This document shows, piece after piece, positions 9,355 through 19,200 of a stretch of DNA of 64,000 nucleotides. Both the position numbers and the translations under genes were made by a program. The stretch is from positions 736,001-800,000 of the forward strand of contig CP170459.1 of NCBI GenBank assembly GCA_047947115.1, in the 5' to 3' direction. The first letter of the stretch is position 1; every line of letters starts with the position of its first letter. This stretch comes from Verrucomicrobiota bacterium. Its GTDB lineage: Bacteria; Verrucomicrobiota; Verrucomicrobiia; Limisphaerales; AAA164-E04. Under the pieces are notes generated by a model. That model was not told where the DNA came from. It made no database searches and saw only the letters and a program-made list of their open reading frames with translations.

Positions 9355-10782
9355 ATGAACGATCCACGCAACCTGAATTCTTACCAGGGAACGCCTGAGC
9401 CCGAGCGTCCATTCATCTGGATGCACATACGAATGAATATCAAAGAAACATTCACGCGCTTGCTGAATCGCTTGTTTGGTGGAAATATTTTTCCACTGGA
9501 CGACCGGGATCGGTTGGTCTTGATGAAGGAATTCAAGCGACGTCTGATCCCCGTTTCGATCTGTTTGTTGATCGTCTATTTCATCCTTTCGTTCCTTCAC
9601 CCCTTTGCGATCAAAAATAACCAGACTGCGATCTGGTTGTCATGGACCAGTTTTGTTTCCACATTGTGCTTTGGTGTTCTGACATTGACGTCCAAACGCA
9701 TTCGACCCGCCCCCGCCCCCACCTTTCTTGTCGGCTTCGGTATCGCCTTGGTACTGTGCACCAATTCCGGTCTGCATCTTTACCTGACGCGGGAAGCTAT
9801 TCAATCGACCAACTTCATGCTGGTCATACTCGGGCTTGCTTTTGCGGTCACTGTCTGGAGTCATTACCTGAGCTTCTTGGTTTTGATATGGGTGATCTGG
9901 GCGGCAGCAGGCCCCTTGGCGTTTGATGATCCAAACTGGTTTCATTTTGTCATCATGCTGAGCATGGGAACCATGGTTTCGACCCTGACTTTCCACATGA
10001 GCACCCACAAGTTGGTATCCGACGCCCGCACTGAACACACGCTGGCAGTGGCAAAGGAGCTGGCAGAATCCGCAAACAGGGCGAAGAGCCATTTTCTGTC
10101 CAGAGTCAGTCATGAGCTCAGAACCCCACTGAACAGCATCATTGGCTTCTCCTCGATTCTGGAACTTGAAGACCTCCATGCCGAACATCGTTCACATATT
10201 GGTTTGATACGTAAATCAGGCGAACATTTGCTGAAACTGATCAACGAAGTGCTGGATCTTTCGAATATAGATATTGGTGAAATGTCCATCTCAAAAGAGC
10301 AGGTTCAGATCGTTTCACTGGTGGAAGAAATCTCAGGTATGATCCAACCCATTGCTCAGAAGCACCGCGTCTCGATTCGATCCAGCTTTCGATGCAGCGA
10401 TCACCAGGAGGTCGTTGGCGATCAACGCCGCATCAGTCAAATATGCTTCAATTTGGCCACCAATGGCATCAAGCACAACAAGGAGGGAGGGACTCTGGAA
10501 ATAAGTATTTCTGACGAGGTGGAAGGCACTGTCCGAATCAACTTTACCGACACCGGCATTGGGATTCCTGCCAACAAAATGCATCGCCTCTTCATTCCGT
10601 TCGATCGATTGGACATCGAGCAATCCACTTTGAACATCGAAGGGACCGGGCTAGGACTCGCCTTATGCGAAAAGCTCGCAACGGAAATGGGAGGAACAAT
10701 CGAAGCGAAAAGTGAAGAAGGGCAAGGTTCGACCTTTACGGTGACCTTGAAGGCTTGTCCTGCCCCGGAACTGGCCACCTGA
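9355..10782 (+). CDS. Multi-TM sensor histidine kinase (no adjacent response regulator)
   Basis: Several TM segments, SHELRTPLN H-box, DTGIGI and GTGLGL boxes. Confidence 0.92.
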   Translation: MNDPRNLNSYQGTPEPERPFIWMHIRMNIKETFTRLLNRLFGGNIFPLDDRDRLVLMKEFKRRLIPVSICLLIVYFILSFLHPFAIKNNQTAIWLSWTSFVSTLCFGVLTLTSKRIRPAPAPTFLVGFGIALVLCTNSGLHLYLTREAIQSTNFMLVILGLAFAVTVWSHYLSFLVLIWVIWAAAGPLAFDDPNWFHFVIMLSMGTMVSTLTFHMSTHKLVSDARTEHTLAVAKELAESANRAKSHFLSRVSHELRTPLNSIIGFSSILELEDLHAEHRSHIGLIRKSGEHLLKLINEVLDLSNIDIGEMSISKEQVQIVSLVEEISGMIQPIAQKHRVSIRSSFRCSDHQEVVGDQRRISQICFNLATNGIKHNKEGGTLEISISDEVEGTVRINFTDTGIGIPANKMHRLFIPFDRLDIEQSTLNIEGTGLGLALCEKLATEMGGTIEAKSEEGQGSTFTVTLKACPAPELAT

Positions 10783-10784
10783 CG

Positions 10785-12206
10785 TCAACGCTCCCGGTTG
10801 CGCCACTGACGATGAAGCGCATCCAGTTCGGTTTTCTGCCCACCATCACCCTGATTCCGCATCCAATCATCCAGTGCCTTGGACAGTTGGATTTTGACGG
10901 ATTGAAATTCAGGATGGTCTGAAAGATTCTCCAGATTCCATGGATCGTTTTCAGAATCATACAACTCTTCCGCCGGTCGGTGCTGGAATCGATATACCAC
11001 TTTTTGAGCATGATTGGAACCTCCCTCGGCTTTTGTCATCCAGGACTGCCACCATCCACTGTTCATCATGGTGTTTTGAAAAGCAGACTCAGGGGTCAGA
11101 TTGCGAATATAGCGAAAACGATCGGATCTCACAGAACGTATCCCATAATAATCGGAACCTTGATTGATGCCCCGAGTGGTTTGTAATCCAAAACTGTATT
11201 GCTTGTGCTGATCTGTCCACCCCCTCAACACCGGAACAAAAGACTGGCCATCCAGCACATGTGGCAGGGGTAATCCGGCAGCCTGAAGAAAGGTCGGCAC
11301 CACGTCGACATATTCCACCATGGCATCCGTTCGAGTGCCGGGCTTGACCCTGCCCGGCCATCGAACGATCATACCGCTCTGCAACCCCTTGTCATAACAG
11401 GTCCATTTCGCAAACGGAAACGAATTACCCTGCTCGCTCACCACCATGACCAGCGTGTTGCCCTCAAGTCCGTGTTTTTTCAACAAGTCCAGACACTGCC
11501 CGACCTGCCCGTCAAAATAAGTCACCTCTGCCAAATAATTCGAAAACGCCTTCCGGACCTCGGGCGTATCGACGAAGTGAGGGGGCAATTCCAATTGATC
11601 GGGCGGATACGCTGAGGCGTCCCCCTTGTTATGAGGCGTGTGCGGTTCGTTGGAGCAGGCAAACAACGCTACAGGTTGTCCGGTATCGGCGGCATCTTTA
11701 AAAAGCGCGTCAATGGCATCCATATCAGGATTCCCCCCTCCTCCCCCTTTCGCTTTGGAGTATTCGAAGGGAAACGATTCAGGAGGATTGATGTGTGTCT
11801 TACCGCTTAGGGCCACGCGGTAGCCACCTTCCTTCAGGTAATGGGCAATGCTGCGGGTGCCGGGTTTGACGAAGGTGTGGTTGGGGTGTGCTCCGGACTT
11901 GACCGGATAGATGCCGGTATAGAGACAATGCCGGGTGGGCGAACACATGGGAGCAGCCTGAAAACAACGGGAAAACATCACCCCTTCCCTGGCGAGTTGA
12001 CTCAGATGAGGCGTGGCTGCCTGACCGCCATAAACGCCCAGATCGGTGTAAGTACAATCATCGGCGATGATGAATAGAAAATTGGGTTTGGAGGATGAAG
12101 CTTCGACTCTGAATGTAAGCGTTCCGTCCGATGCCATACCTGAAGATATCAAGCAAACCAAGACCCAATGATATCCGTTCACCCATAGTTTAAAGAAAGC
12201 ATTCAT
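10785..12206 (-). CDS. Formylglycine-dependent sulfatase (sulfamidase-like)
   Basis: PNFLFIIADD, CSPTR motif, GKTH, ELYD...DPW. Confidence 0.93.
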   Translation of the reverse strand: MNAFFKLWVNGYHWVLVCLISSGMASDGTLTFRVEASSSKPNFLFIIADDCTYTDLGVYGGQAATPHLSQLAREGVMFSRCFQAAPMCSPTRHCLYTGIYPVKSGAHPNHTFVKPGTRSIAHYLKEGGYRVALSGKTHINPPESFPFEYSKAKGGGGGNPDMDAIDALFKDAADTGQPVALFACSNEPHTPHNKGDASAYPPDQLELPPHFVDTPEVRKAFSNYLAEVTYFDGQVGQCLDLLKKHGLEGNTLVMVVSEQGNSFPFAKWTCYDKGLQSGMIVRWPGRVKPGTRTDAMVEYVDVVPTFLQAAGLPLPHVLDGQSFVPVLRGWTDQHKQYSFGLQTTRGINQGSDYYGIRSVRSDRFRYIRNLTPESAFQNTMMNSGWWQSWMTKAEGGSNHAQKVVYRFQHRPAEELYDSENDPWNLENLSDHPEFQSVKIQLSKALDDWMRNQGDGGQKTELDALHRQWRNRER

Positions 12207-12515
12207 GGAATATCTGGATATTAATATGATCCATGAATTGGGACAATCAGATTCAATTCCATTGTTCCAGCCCGTAAGAATGGCACGGAACTTGTTTATT
12301 TACATCTGAAAGAAACAGTGAGTTGTAACCAGTGATCTGGGGGGGGGGCGCTGTTCAAAGGAGTATTGTCATGAGATTTAAATATGCACAACGAAGAGTC
12401 CGCCAATTGAAGGGGAATTTGCAGCCGACACAAAGTTCGGTGGTGATCGATTGGCCGACAGCAGAACAAAAGGACAGGGCGAATGAAGCCCTTCCCTTAT
12501 CAAAAATTACTGATC

Positions 12516-13544
12516 TCAAACAGGTTCAACCTGTCGGGAACTGACGGAACGGGCTTCGGCTTCGCAAATGCGAATGGCGTTCAAACCGTCCTCGGGAGTC
12601 ACCACACTGGGGCGTTTATTCTCACGGATACAGTCGACGAGGTGTTGAATCTCACCGGCATAACCGTCCAAACCGTCCATTTTGACCACACGAGCCTCTT
12701 TGCCCTCTTCGAAAACCTTCAGAGCTTCATCGCCCCGAACAATGTCATAATCGATCGTAACGCGTTCAAACACGGCATTATATGCCATGTTGAAGCCAAA
12801 TCCGGCAGTCATTGCCCAACTGCCTTCAGCGGAGACACAGGCCCCGGATTCGGTGAGGTACTGGGTGACCACATGATCAGTCTCGCCACTTACTTTGGTA
12901 AAACCTGTCGAAAACACCGCCTTGGGAACCCCAAAACAAAACTGAACGAAATCCGTGTCATGAATGTGAAGATCCAGCAAGGCGCCACCTGATTTCTTGC
13001 CATCCAGATAATTCTGCGGGCTCCATCCCGGTGGTTCGGCGATGCGACGGAAACGAACTCCCAGGACCTTTCCGTAGGTCTGGTCTTCGATCGCTTTTTT
13101 CAAAAAGGTCCATTCCGGCCAGAATCGGAGACACATGGCGGGCATGAAATGGGTCTCAGGGGCCTTCACCGCCTCCACCAAACGAGCGGCTTCTTCCGAG
13201 GTGCGGGTGATGGGTTTCTCGCAAAGGACATGTTTGCCGGCATTGAGTGCGCGAATCGCCAGGTCAGTATGTGTATCGGTGGGGGAACAGATATCCACGA
13301 GCTGGAGTCCGGGGTGCTTCAGGAAAGCATCCACATCCTGATAACCCTTGATCTTTTCCATGTCCAGTTTGACTGGCTCCTGGTCGCCGACGTTTCCAAA
13401 CACATCGCTCAGGTCCCCGTCCAATCGCCGTCCGCTCGGGTTGCACACAGCAACGATTTCGACATCTTCCAGTTTGCGGTAGGCCTTGATATGAGCCACC
13501 GACATGAAGCCCAGTCCAATGATACCTGCCTTGACTTTTTCCAT
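12516..13544 (-). CDS. Gfo/Idh/MocA oxidoreductase
   Basis: GIIGLGFM, GKHVLCEKP, GGALLDLHIHD. Confidence 0.93.
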   Translation of the reverse strand: MEKVKAGIIGLGFMSVAHIKAYRKLEDVEIVAVCNPSGRRLDGDLSDVFGNVGDQEPVKLDMEKIKGYQDVDAFLKHPGLQLVDICSPTDTHTDLAIRALNAGKHVLCEKPITRTSEEAARLVEAVKAPETHFMPAMCLRFWPEWTFLKKAIEDQTYGKVLGVRFRRIAEPPGWSPQNYLDGKKSGGALLDLHIHDTDFVQFCFGVPKAVFSTGFTKVSGETDHVVTQYLTESGACVSAEGSWAMTAGFGFNMAYNAVFERVTIDYDIVRGDEALKVFEEGKEARVVKMDGLDGYAGEIQHLVDCIRENKRPSVVTPEDGLNAIRICEAEARSVSSRQVEPV

Positions 13545-13546
13545 GA

Positions 13547-14395
13547 TCAGAATCCTTTTGCGTTCAATCCGCAGATATATTTTTTCGCCGCCAGGATATC
13601 CTCGACACGCTGTTCCCCGGCTTCGCGTTCGATGGCAAAGACGCCCTCATATCCCAGACCGTCCAAAGTGCTCAAAAAGGCTTTCCAATCGACCTGCCCT
13701 GTTCCGGTCTGCACTTCCTCACCCCATTCTCCGGGTTGGGTCGTGCGGTTGGCATCCTTGATGTGGCATTGTTTGAGGTAAGGTGCCAGTGTTTTCAGTG
13801 CATCGATCGGATCTCCCTTGTCGTAAAGGATCATGTTGGCTGGATCAAAATTCACACCCACGTTCGGAAGTCCCAGTTGATCGAGAAAATCTTTCAGCGT
13901 ATCGGCTGTTTCCTGTCCTGTTTCAAATCCTAAATCAAGACCGCGTTCGCCGAAGAGTTCACCGATCTGGCGAATGCGGTCCATGAGTTTGGCAAAGGCC
14001 GGATCACTGGCTTCATGCGGCAGAAAACCGGCATGGAACGTGATCAATTTCAAGCCCAGCTCCTTGGCCACAGTAATATTGTCTTTGAAATTGGCCAGAT
14101 TCTCAGGCCAGGTGGCGTCGGGCACCACTCCGCCGGTCTCCTTGATGGATTCCATGGTGGTGTAATCTTCACCCACGGTGACCATCATGCCAGATGCCTG
14201 GGAAATCCCGGCGTCCCGGCACAGGTCCGCATACTTGCCCCACACATCGGGCTGTTCACGCAACGGGTCGAGAGCGATCTGCACACTGGGAATACCAATG
14301 TTTTTAAGGTGCCCGAGCAATGCTTCGGGACTCTCAGGCTGAAGGGACCAACTGCAAACGGCAAGACGGTCCTGAATGGATTCGGAAGAACTCAT
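13547..14395 (-). CDS. Sugar phosphate isomerase/epimerase (xylose-isomerase-like TIM barrel)
   Basis: FETGQE, NFDPANMILY, HIKDA, IERE. Confidence 0.88.
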   Translation of the reverse strand: MSSSESIQDRLAVCSWSLQPESPEALLGHLKNIGIPSVQIALDPLREQPDVWGKYADLCRDAGISQASGMMVTVGEDYTTMESIKETGGVVPDATWPENLANFKDNITVAKELGLKLITFHAGFLPHEASDPAFAKLMDRIRQIGELFGERGLDLGFETGQETADTLKDFLDQLGLPNVGVNFDPANMILYDKGDPIDALKTLAPYLKQCHIKDANRTTQPGEWGEEVQTGTGQVDWKAFLSTLDGLGYEGVFAIEREAGEQRVEDILAAKKYICGLNAKGF

Positions 14396-14415
14396 GTCGA
14401 CAAAAAAGGGGGGGA

Positions 14416-14988
14416 TTAGTTGCCTTGTGCAGCGTTGAGTGAACCCAATACCTGATCAGTGAGATCATTGGAATTGTCTGTATAGAGAACGATCGGGGTT
14501 TCCGTTCGAGCCTCTGCCGCAGTATCCAGAACCATGGAAATATTGTTGGACTTCGCGAGCTGGGCGATTTTCTCACGGATGTCGCGAATAATGTTTTTCT
14601 TCATCCGTTCCTGAGTTTCACGGATCTGTGTGGCAGTCGTTTTATCATAATCGTTGATGTCCGCCTCAAGTGTGCGAATCTCTATTAATTTGGCATCCGC
14701 ATCCTTGTTACGCCTCTCCTTTTCAGCGTTGGAAATACCTGGGTCGGCGGCTCCTTCACGCAAACTGCCATACGCCTTGTTCAATTCCTGATACTGTTGA
14801 ACCAGCTTATCACGTTGCGTTTTGTATTCCTTACCCTGGTTTTCCAGGTTCTGCGAAATCAGCTTGGTTTTATAATAATTGTCGAAGACTTTCTGCAGAT
14901 CAATGGTTGCGATCTTGCCCTGGGCAGATGCCAGGGGTGCCGTGAAAAGCCCGAGTAACAGGGCCAATGCTGCAATGGTGTTTTTCAT
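14416..14988 (-). CDS. skp: OmpH/Skp periplasmic chaperone
   Basis: Signal peptide, KIATIDLQKVF, coiled coil, DLTDQVL; downstream of bamA. Confidence 0.9.
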   Translation of the reverse strand: MKNTIAALALLLGLFTAPLASAQGKIATIDLQKVFDNYYKTKLISQNLENQGKEYKTQRDKLVQQYQELNKAYGSLREGAADPGISNAEKERRNKDADAKLIEIRTLEADINDYDKTTATQIRETQERMKKNIIRDIREKIAQLAKSNNISMVLDTAAEARTETPIVLYTDNSNDLTDQVLGSLNAAQGN

Positions 14989-15158
14989 CTCTATTTCTAT
15001 TTGTGTTTGTGTGAATTAAAATGAGGACAGCTGACGCTATCCTTCTTTGGACGCTTCCAACGGATCAATTACTCAAGTTTGAAGGCCAAAAATTTGCCCC
15101 AGGGAGACGAGCGAAAGAACTCAGCCCTCCCTGCGAGTATCCCGTGTGAAGTTCCGGA

Positions 15159-17624
15159 TCAGAATGGACGTTCCCAACCCACACCGAAATTGAACCGGCC
15201 GCTGCTGTCGTTGAAATCGTCTGACGTTACCGGAATACCATAGTCCAAACGCAAAGGTCCGATCGGCAGATTCAAACGAATCCCAAATCCAAAGTTGTCG
15301 TTGTAAACACCCGTATCCAGAATCGTTGCACCACCAGCAAGGGGATTGGGATCAATGACCTGGGAATCAAAGCTGTATGGGTCCTGGTAAACCATACCGA
15401 TGTCATAAAACACAGCAAAGCGCAGACGATCAATGATCGGTACACTGTATTCTGCCGAAGCAAACCAATAAGTGCTGCCGCCGAAAGGCTCCTGTTGCCC
15501 GTCCTTCGGACCTACGTCACGGAATTTGAAACCGCGCAGATTACGCAAACCACCCAACCACCAACGGTCGAACAAGGGAACATCATCGGTATTGGCATAG
15601 GTATCGGCCACGCCTATTTCACCCAACAGTTCGAGAATATGCCCGGATCCCAGACCGTTGAAATAATGTTTGGTGGTGAGCTCCAACTTGTAAATGTCCA
15701 CGTCAGCTCCAAACGGTCCACCCGCCAATTCGGAACGCAGGCGAGTCAATTGACCACTGTTCGGAAGGAACCCTCCGCCACGTGTATCGTAGGAAATCGA
15801 GGAACCCACTTTGGACACGAGGTAATCGTCTTCCTGATTGCGGAAGAAGTAGGAAGCGTTGGGATCCACATTTTCAATCCCGATGCTTTCGATCGTGTAA
15901 TCCACTCCCCCGATGATGAAGTCGCTGCCCAGCGTTTTTCGAAGCCCCATCCTGGTTCCGGTGCGACGTTCGTCAAACACGCTGCTGACATAGTCGAGTT
16001 CGCGATGATAAAGATCGTGCGTGTATTCCAACTTCTTGTCGAGCAACCATGGTTCGATGAAGGTCAGCTGGTAATCCTGCAATCGGGTACCGACCTGTGC
16101 CCGCAAGCGAAGTTTCTGACCGCCCCCCTGGAACAAGGGTGGTTTGAAAAGATCAAAATTACCCTGGGACAATTCAACAAACGCCACCAAGTTTTCGATC
16201 GAGTTGAAGCCGGCGCCGATCACAAAGTTACCCGTGGTCCTCTCATCGACCGCCACCACCAGATTCTTGCGATCCGGAATATCGGTCGGTTCGACGTTCA
16301 TTTCGACCTTTTCGAAGTAGTTCAAGCCTTCCAGTCGCTGCTGGCTGAGCTTGGCCCGTACCATGTTGAAAGGTTCGCCCGGAGCAACCGCCAGTTCGCG
16401 GCGCAAAACCTTGTCCTTGGTCTTGGTGTTGCCGCGAATCTCGATTTTCTCGATGTAAGATTTGTCGCCTTCCTCGATGAGGTAATCCACATCGATGGTT
16501 CCTTTTTCAGTGTTGGCGGATTTGATTTCGCGGATGCGGGTTTCTCCCTGATTGCGGGGTGTGAGGTAGCCCTCGCTCTCATACAGGTCTTCCAGCGCCT
16601 CACGATTGTTGTCCAAGCCCCCGGGTGTAAATATGTCCCCCTTGTTCATCGCCAGCCGTTCGACAGGCCCTTTGCGTGTTTCAACAAACAGGACATCTTC
16701 GGTCGGGAAAATGCTGTTTCCCTGAACCCTCAGATCACCCACACGGTATTGATTGCCTTCGAAGATCTCGATGTTGATGACCATCTTGTCTTCTTCAGGA
16801 TACTCGAATTGAATGTCCTTGATGGCAAAATCGACGTATCCGTTGTCCCAATAGAACTGCCGCAACGCCTCCTTGTCCTCGGCAAACTGATCTTCCTTCA
16901 AAACTCCGCTGCCGGTCAGCCAACTGAAGGCCCAGCGCCGACGCGTTTTAATCACTTTACGGAGTTTCTTCTGCTTGTAGGCGCTGGCGCCCACGAAATT
17001 GATTTCTCTGATGCGAACTCTGGGAGCTTCGTTGACCTGAAAGGTGACCGTCCCCTGCCCGCGTTCTTCGATGATGCTGGGCTGATATTCGACCGTGGTG
17101 TTTTGATAGCCTTTCTTCTGATACAAAGATTCGATTTCCCGCGCATCAGTGAAAAGCTTGCGTTCGTCAATGGGTTCACCCACCTTGGAAGTCACCTTTT
17201 TCTTCAACCGACGATCACCGAGCCGCTCGTTGCCTGAGAAAGTGATTTCAGTAAGCTTGGGTTTGCCCTGAACAGAGTAGACCAGATCAATACCACTCTC
17301 CTTGACTTCCCAGGCCACATCCACGTTGTGAAAATAACCGGTGCCCAGCAGGTTTTTGACATCCTGATTGATCCGGGCCGCAGAAAAGTCGTCCCCGGTA
17401 CGTGTCTGTATGTTGGTGAGGACCATCTGGTCACTGACCGCGGCAGGGCCCACGTGCTGGACCTTGACAGCCTCGATGGTCTTGTTGGTCAGGACAGTCT
17501 GACCGCCAACCTGAGGCAACCAACAGGCCAGAAACGCCCACACAGGCCACTTGTATTTGAGTCGACGGTACAACTTATATGTCCGCCGGGATGTCTTCTT
17601 CGCTGACTTTGGCCCTATTTTCAA
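15159..17624 (-). CDS. bamA: Outer membrane protein assembly factor BamA (start uncertain)
   Basis: POTRA repeats (GNTKTKDKVLRRE), LRGFKFRDVGP, PIGPLRLDYG, C-terminal Phe. Confidence 0.95.
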   Translation of the reverse strand: MKIGPKSAKKTSRRTYKLYRRLKYKWPVWAFLACWLPQVGGQTVLTNKTIEAVKVQHVGPAAVSDQMVLTNIQTRTGDDFSAARINQDVKNLLGTGYFHNVDVAWEVKESGIDLVYSVQGKPKLTEITFSGNERLGDRRLKKKVTSKVGEPIDERKLFTDAREIESLYQKKGYQNTTVEYQPSIIEERGQGTVTFQVNEAPRVRIREINFVGASAYKQKKLRKVIKTRRRWAFSWLTGSGVLKEDQFAEDKEALRQFYWDNGYVDFAIKDIQFEYPEEDKMVINIEIFEGNQYRVGDLRVQGNSIFPTEDVLFVETRKGPVERLAMNKGDIFTPGGLDNNREALEDLYESEGYLTPRNQGETRIREIKSANTEKGTIDVDYLIEEGDKSYIEKIEIRGNTKTKDKVLRRELAVAPGEPFNMVRAKLSQQRLEGLNYFEKVEMNVEPTDIPDRKNLVVAVDERTTGNFVIGAGFNSIENLVAFVELSQGNFDLFKPPLFQGGGQKLRLRAQVGTRLQDYQLTFIEPWLLDKKLEYTHDLYHRELDYVSSVFDERRTGTRMGLRKTLGSDFIIGGVDYTIESIGIENVDPNASYFFRNQEDDYLVSKVGSSISYDTRGGGFLPNSGQLTRLRSELAGGPFGADVDIYKLELTTKHYFNGLGSGHILELLGEIGVADTYANTDDVPLFDRWWLGGLRNLRGFKFRDVGPKDGQQEPFGGSTYWFASAEYSVPIIDRLRFAVFYDIGMVYQDPYSFDSQVIDPNPLAGGATILDTGVYNDNFGFGIRLNLPIGPLRLDYGIPVTSDDFNDSSGRFNFGVGWERPF

Positions 17625-19047
17625 ACCGGGTAAATCCTTTGAAAAATGTTAATTCCACGTCCCCTGTGGGACCGTTACGCTGTTTGGCGATCAGGAGATT
17701 CACTCCGATCGATTCCTGCTCGTCCCCCGCATAAGCAGGACCGTCATCATCGTCGCCCTGACTGGGTTTGTAAAGCAAACCTATCAGATCCGCATCCTGC
17801 TCGATGGAACCGGATTCGCGGAGGTCGGACATTCTGGGTTTACGACTCTTGTCCTTTTCCAGCTCACGATTCAACTGACTGAGCACAATGACCGGAACCG
17901 AGAGTTCCTTGGCGAGGGCTTTCACCCCGCTGGAGATGTCCGCAATCTCTTGCTGACGGTTCTCGGCACGACGCGCAGTAGAATTCAGCAACTGCAGGTA
18001 GTCAATGACAAAGAGCTTGATGTTGTGCTGCTGCGCCATGCGCCGGGCACGGGCGCGCAACTGCAAAATCGACAGTCCGGGCGTATCATCGATATGAATG
18101 GGTGCCTTGGCCAGCTCGGTCGCAGCCTGGGTGATACGGGGAAAATCACGTTCAGCGAAGAATCCGTCACGTACCGCTCTCAAATTGATACGCGCCCGAC
18201 AGCATAACATACGCAAAATCAACGATTCGGCGGTCATTTCCAGACTGAACACTCCCACAGGCTGCTTCTGTTCCAGCGCAACATGTTCGGCCACATTCAT
18301 GGCCAGAGATGTTTTCCCCATACTGGGTCGGGCCGCAATGACCACCATTTCGCCGCCATGCATGCCGTGGGTCATCTTGTCGAGATCATGAAAGCCCGTG
18401 GACAATCCGGTCAACATCCCCTGGTTCTTGTGATAGGTCTCCAACGTGGCGATGGCATCACGCACCAGTGCCTTGACGGATTTATCTTCTGTCTCAGTGC
18501 GTTCTTCGCTGATCGCCAGAACGTCCCGTTCCACCGTGTCCAGCAGCGCATCAACATTGTCCTGCTCATCATAAACCCGACTGACAATGTCCGTGCACGT
18601 GTGCAACATCTTGCGCAACACAAACTTTTCACGAACAATCTCAAGGTAATATGGTAGATTCAACCCCGAAGGAGCCTTGTCCATCAGGTCATTGAGATAG
18701 GAAATCCCCCCCACATTGGTCAGCTGATTGCGATCGCGCAAACTTTGCGACAAGGTAAAAATATCGATAGGCTGCTTTTTATCAAACAGTTCTGCGAGAA
18801 GATCGAACAATTCACGATGCCGTAAATCGTAAAACACTTCGGAACCCGATTTGAACTTCTCAATGCAGATCCCCATGTTTTCATTGGGATTCAACAACAC
18901 ACATCCCAACACCCCCTGCTCGGCTTCAAGCGAATGAGGTGGCAGGCGGTCTAATGGATTGACTTCGTTTTTCTTGCGGGTTTGACGCTTACTGCGCTTG
19001 AAGTCGGGCTTTTCGGTGTTCTGTTTGCTGGCGGCGCTTTCGGACAT
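17575..19047 (-). CDS. dnaB: Replicative DNA helicase
   Basis: PPHSLEAEQGVLG, AARPSMGKT, IDYLQL, LSQLNR, DLRESGSIEQDAD; start moved to ATG 19047. Confidence 0.98.
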   Translation of the reverse strand: MSESAASKQNTEKPDFKRSKRQTRKKNEVNPLDRLPPHSLEAEQGVLGCVLLNPNENMGICIEKFKSGSEVFYDLRHRELFDLLAELFDKKQPIDIFTLSQSLRDRNQLTNVGGISYLNDLMDKAPSGLNLPYYLEIVREKFVLRKMLHTCTDIVSRVYDEQDNVDALLDTVERDVLAISEERTETEDKSVKALVRDAIATLETYHKNQGMLTGLSTGFHDLDKMTHGMHGGEMVVIAARPSMGKTSLAMNVAEHVALEQKQPVGVFSLEMTAESLILRMLCCRARINLRAVRDGFFAERDFPRITQAATELAKAPIHIDDTPGLSILQLRARARRMAQQHNIKLFVIDYLQLLNSTARRAENRQQEIADISSGVKALAKELSVPVIVLSQLNRELEKDKSRKPRMSDLRESGSIEQDADLIGLLYKPSQGDDDDGPAYAGDEQESIGVNLLIAKQRNGPTGDVELTFFKGFTRFENRAKVSEEDIPADI

Positions 19048-19114
19048 TTCGTTACAAGGAAAGGGCAATCTCGGGCTCTTGGCAATGCGGAGTTGTGGTC
19101 TCCTTGTTGGAAGC

Positions 19115-19146
19115 TTATCCACCGGCTTACTCACAAGTTATTCACA
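19115..19146 (+). promoter_or_regulatory. Three tandem DnaA-box-like sites upstream of dnaB
   Basis: TTATCCACC 19115, TTACTCACA 19127, TTATTCACA 19138, compared with consensus TTWTNCACA. Confidence 0.7.
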
Positions 19147-19200
19147 GGTAGATTTGCGACTTGTATGAGCGCCCATATGCAGATAGTAAACTCCATATCC

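Noticed and set aside
15495..17237. 580-aa plus-strand ORF and other long antisense ORFs (e.g. 42183-43262, 52118-52999)
   Set aside because: Shadow frames opposite well-supported genes; no recognisable motifs.
18982..19200. Extended starts of dnaB and the PQQ-like gene in the ORF track
   Set aside because: They overlap each other and the DnaA boxes; downstream ATGs give normal proteins.
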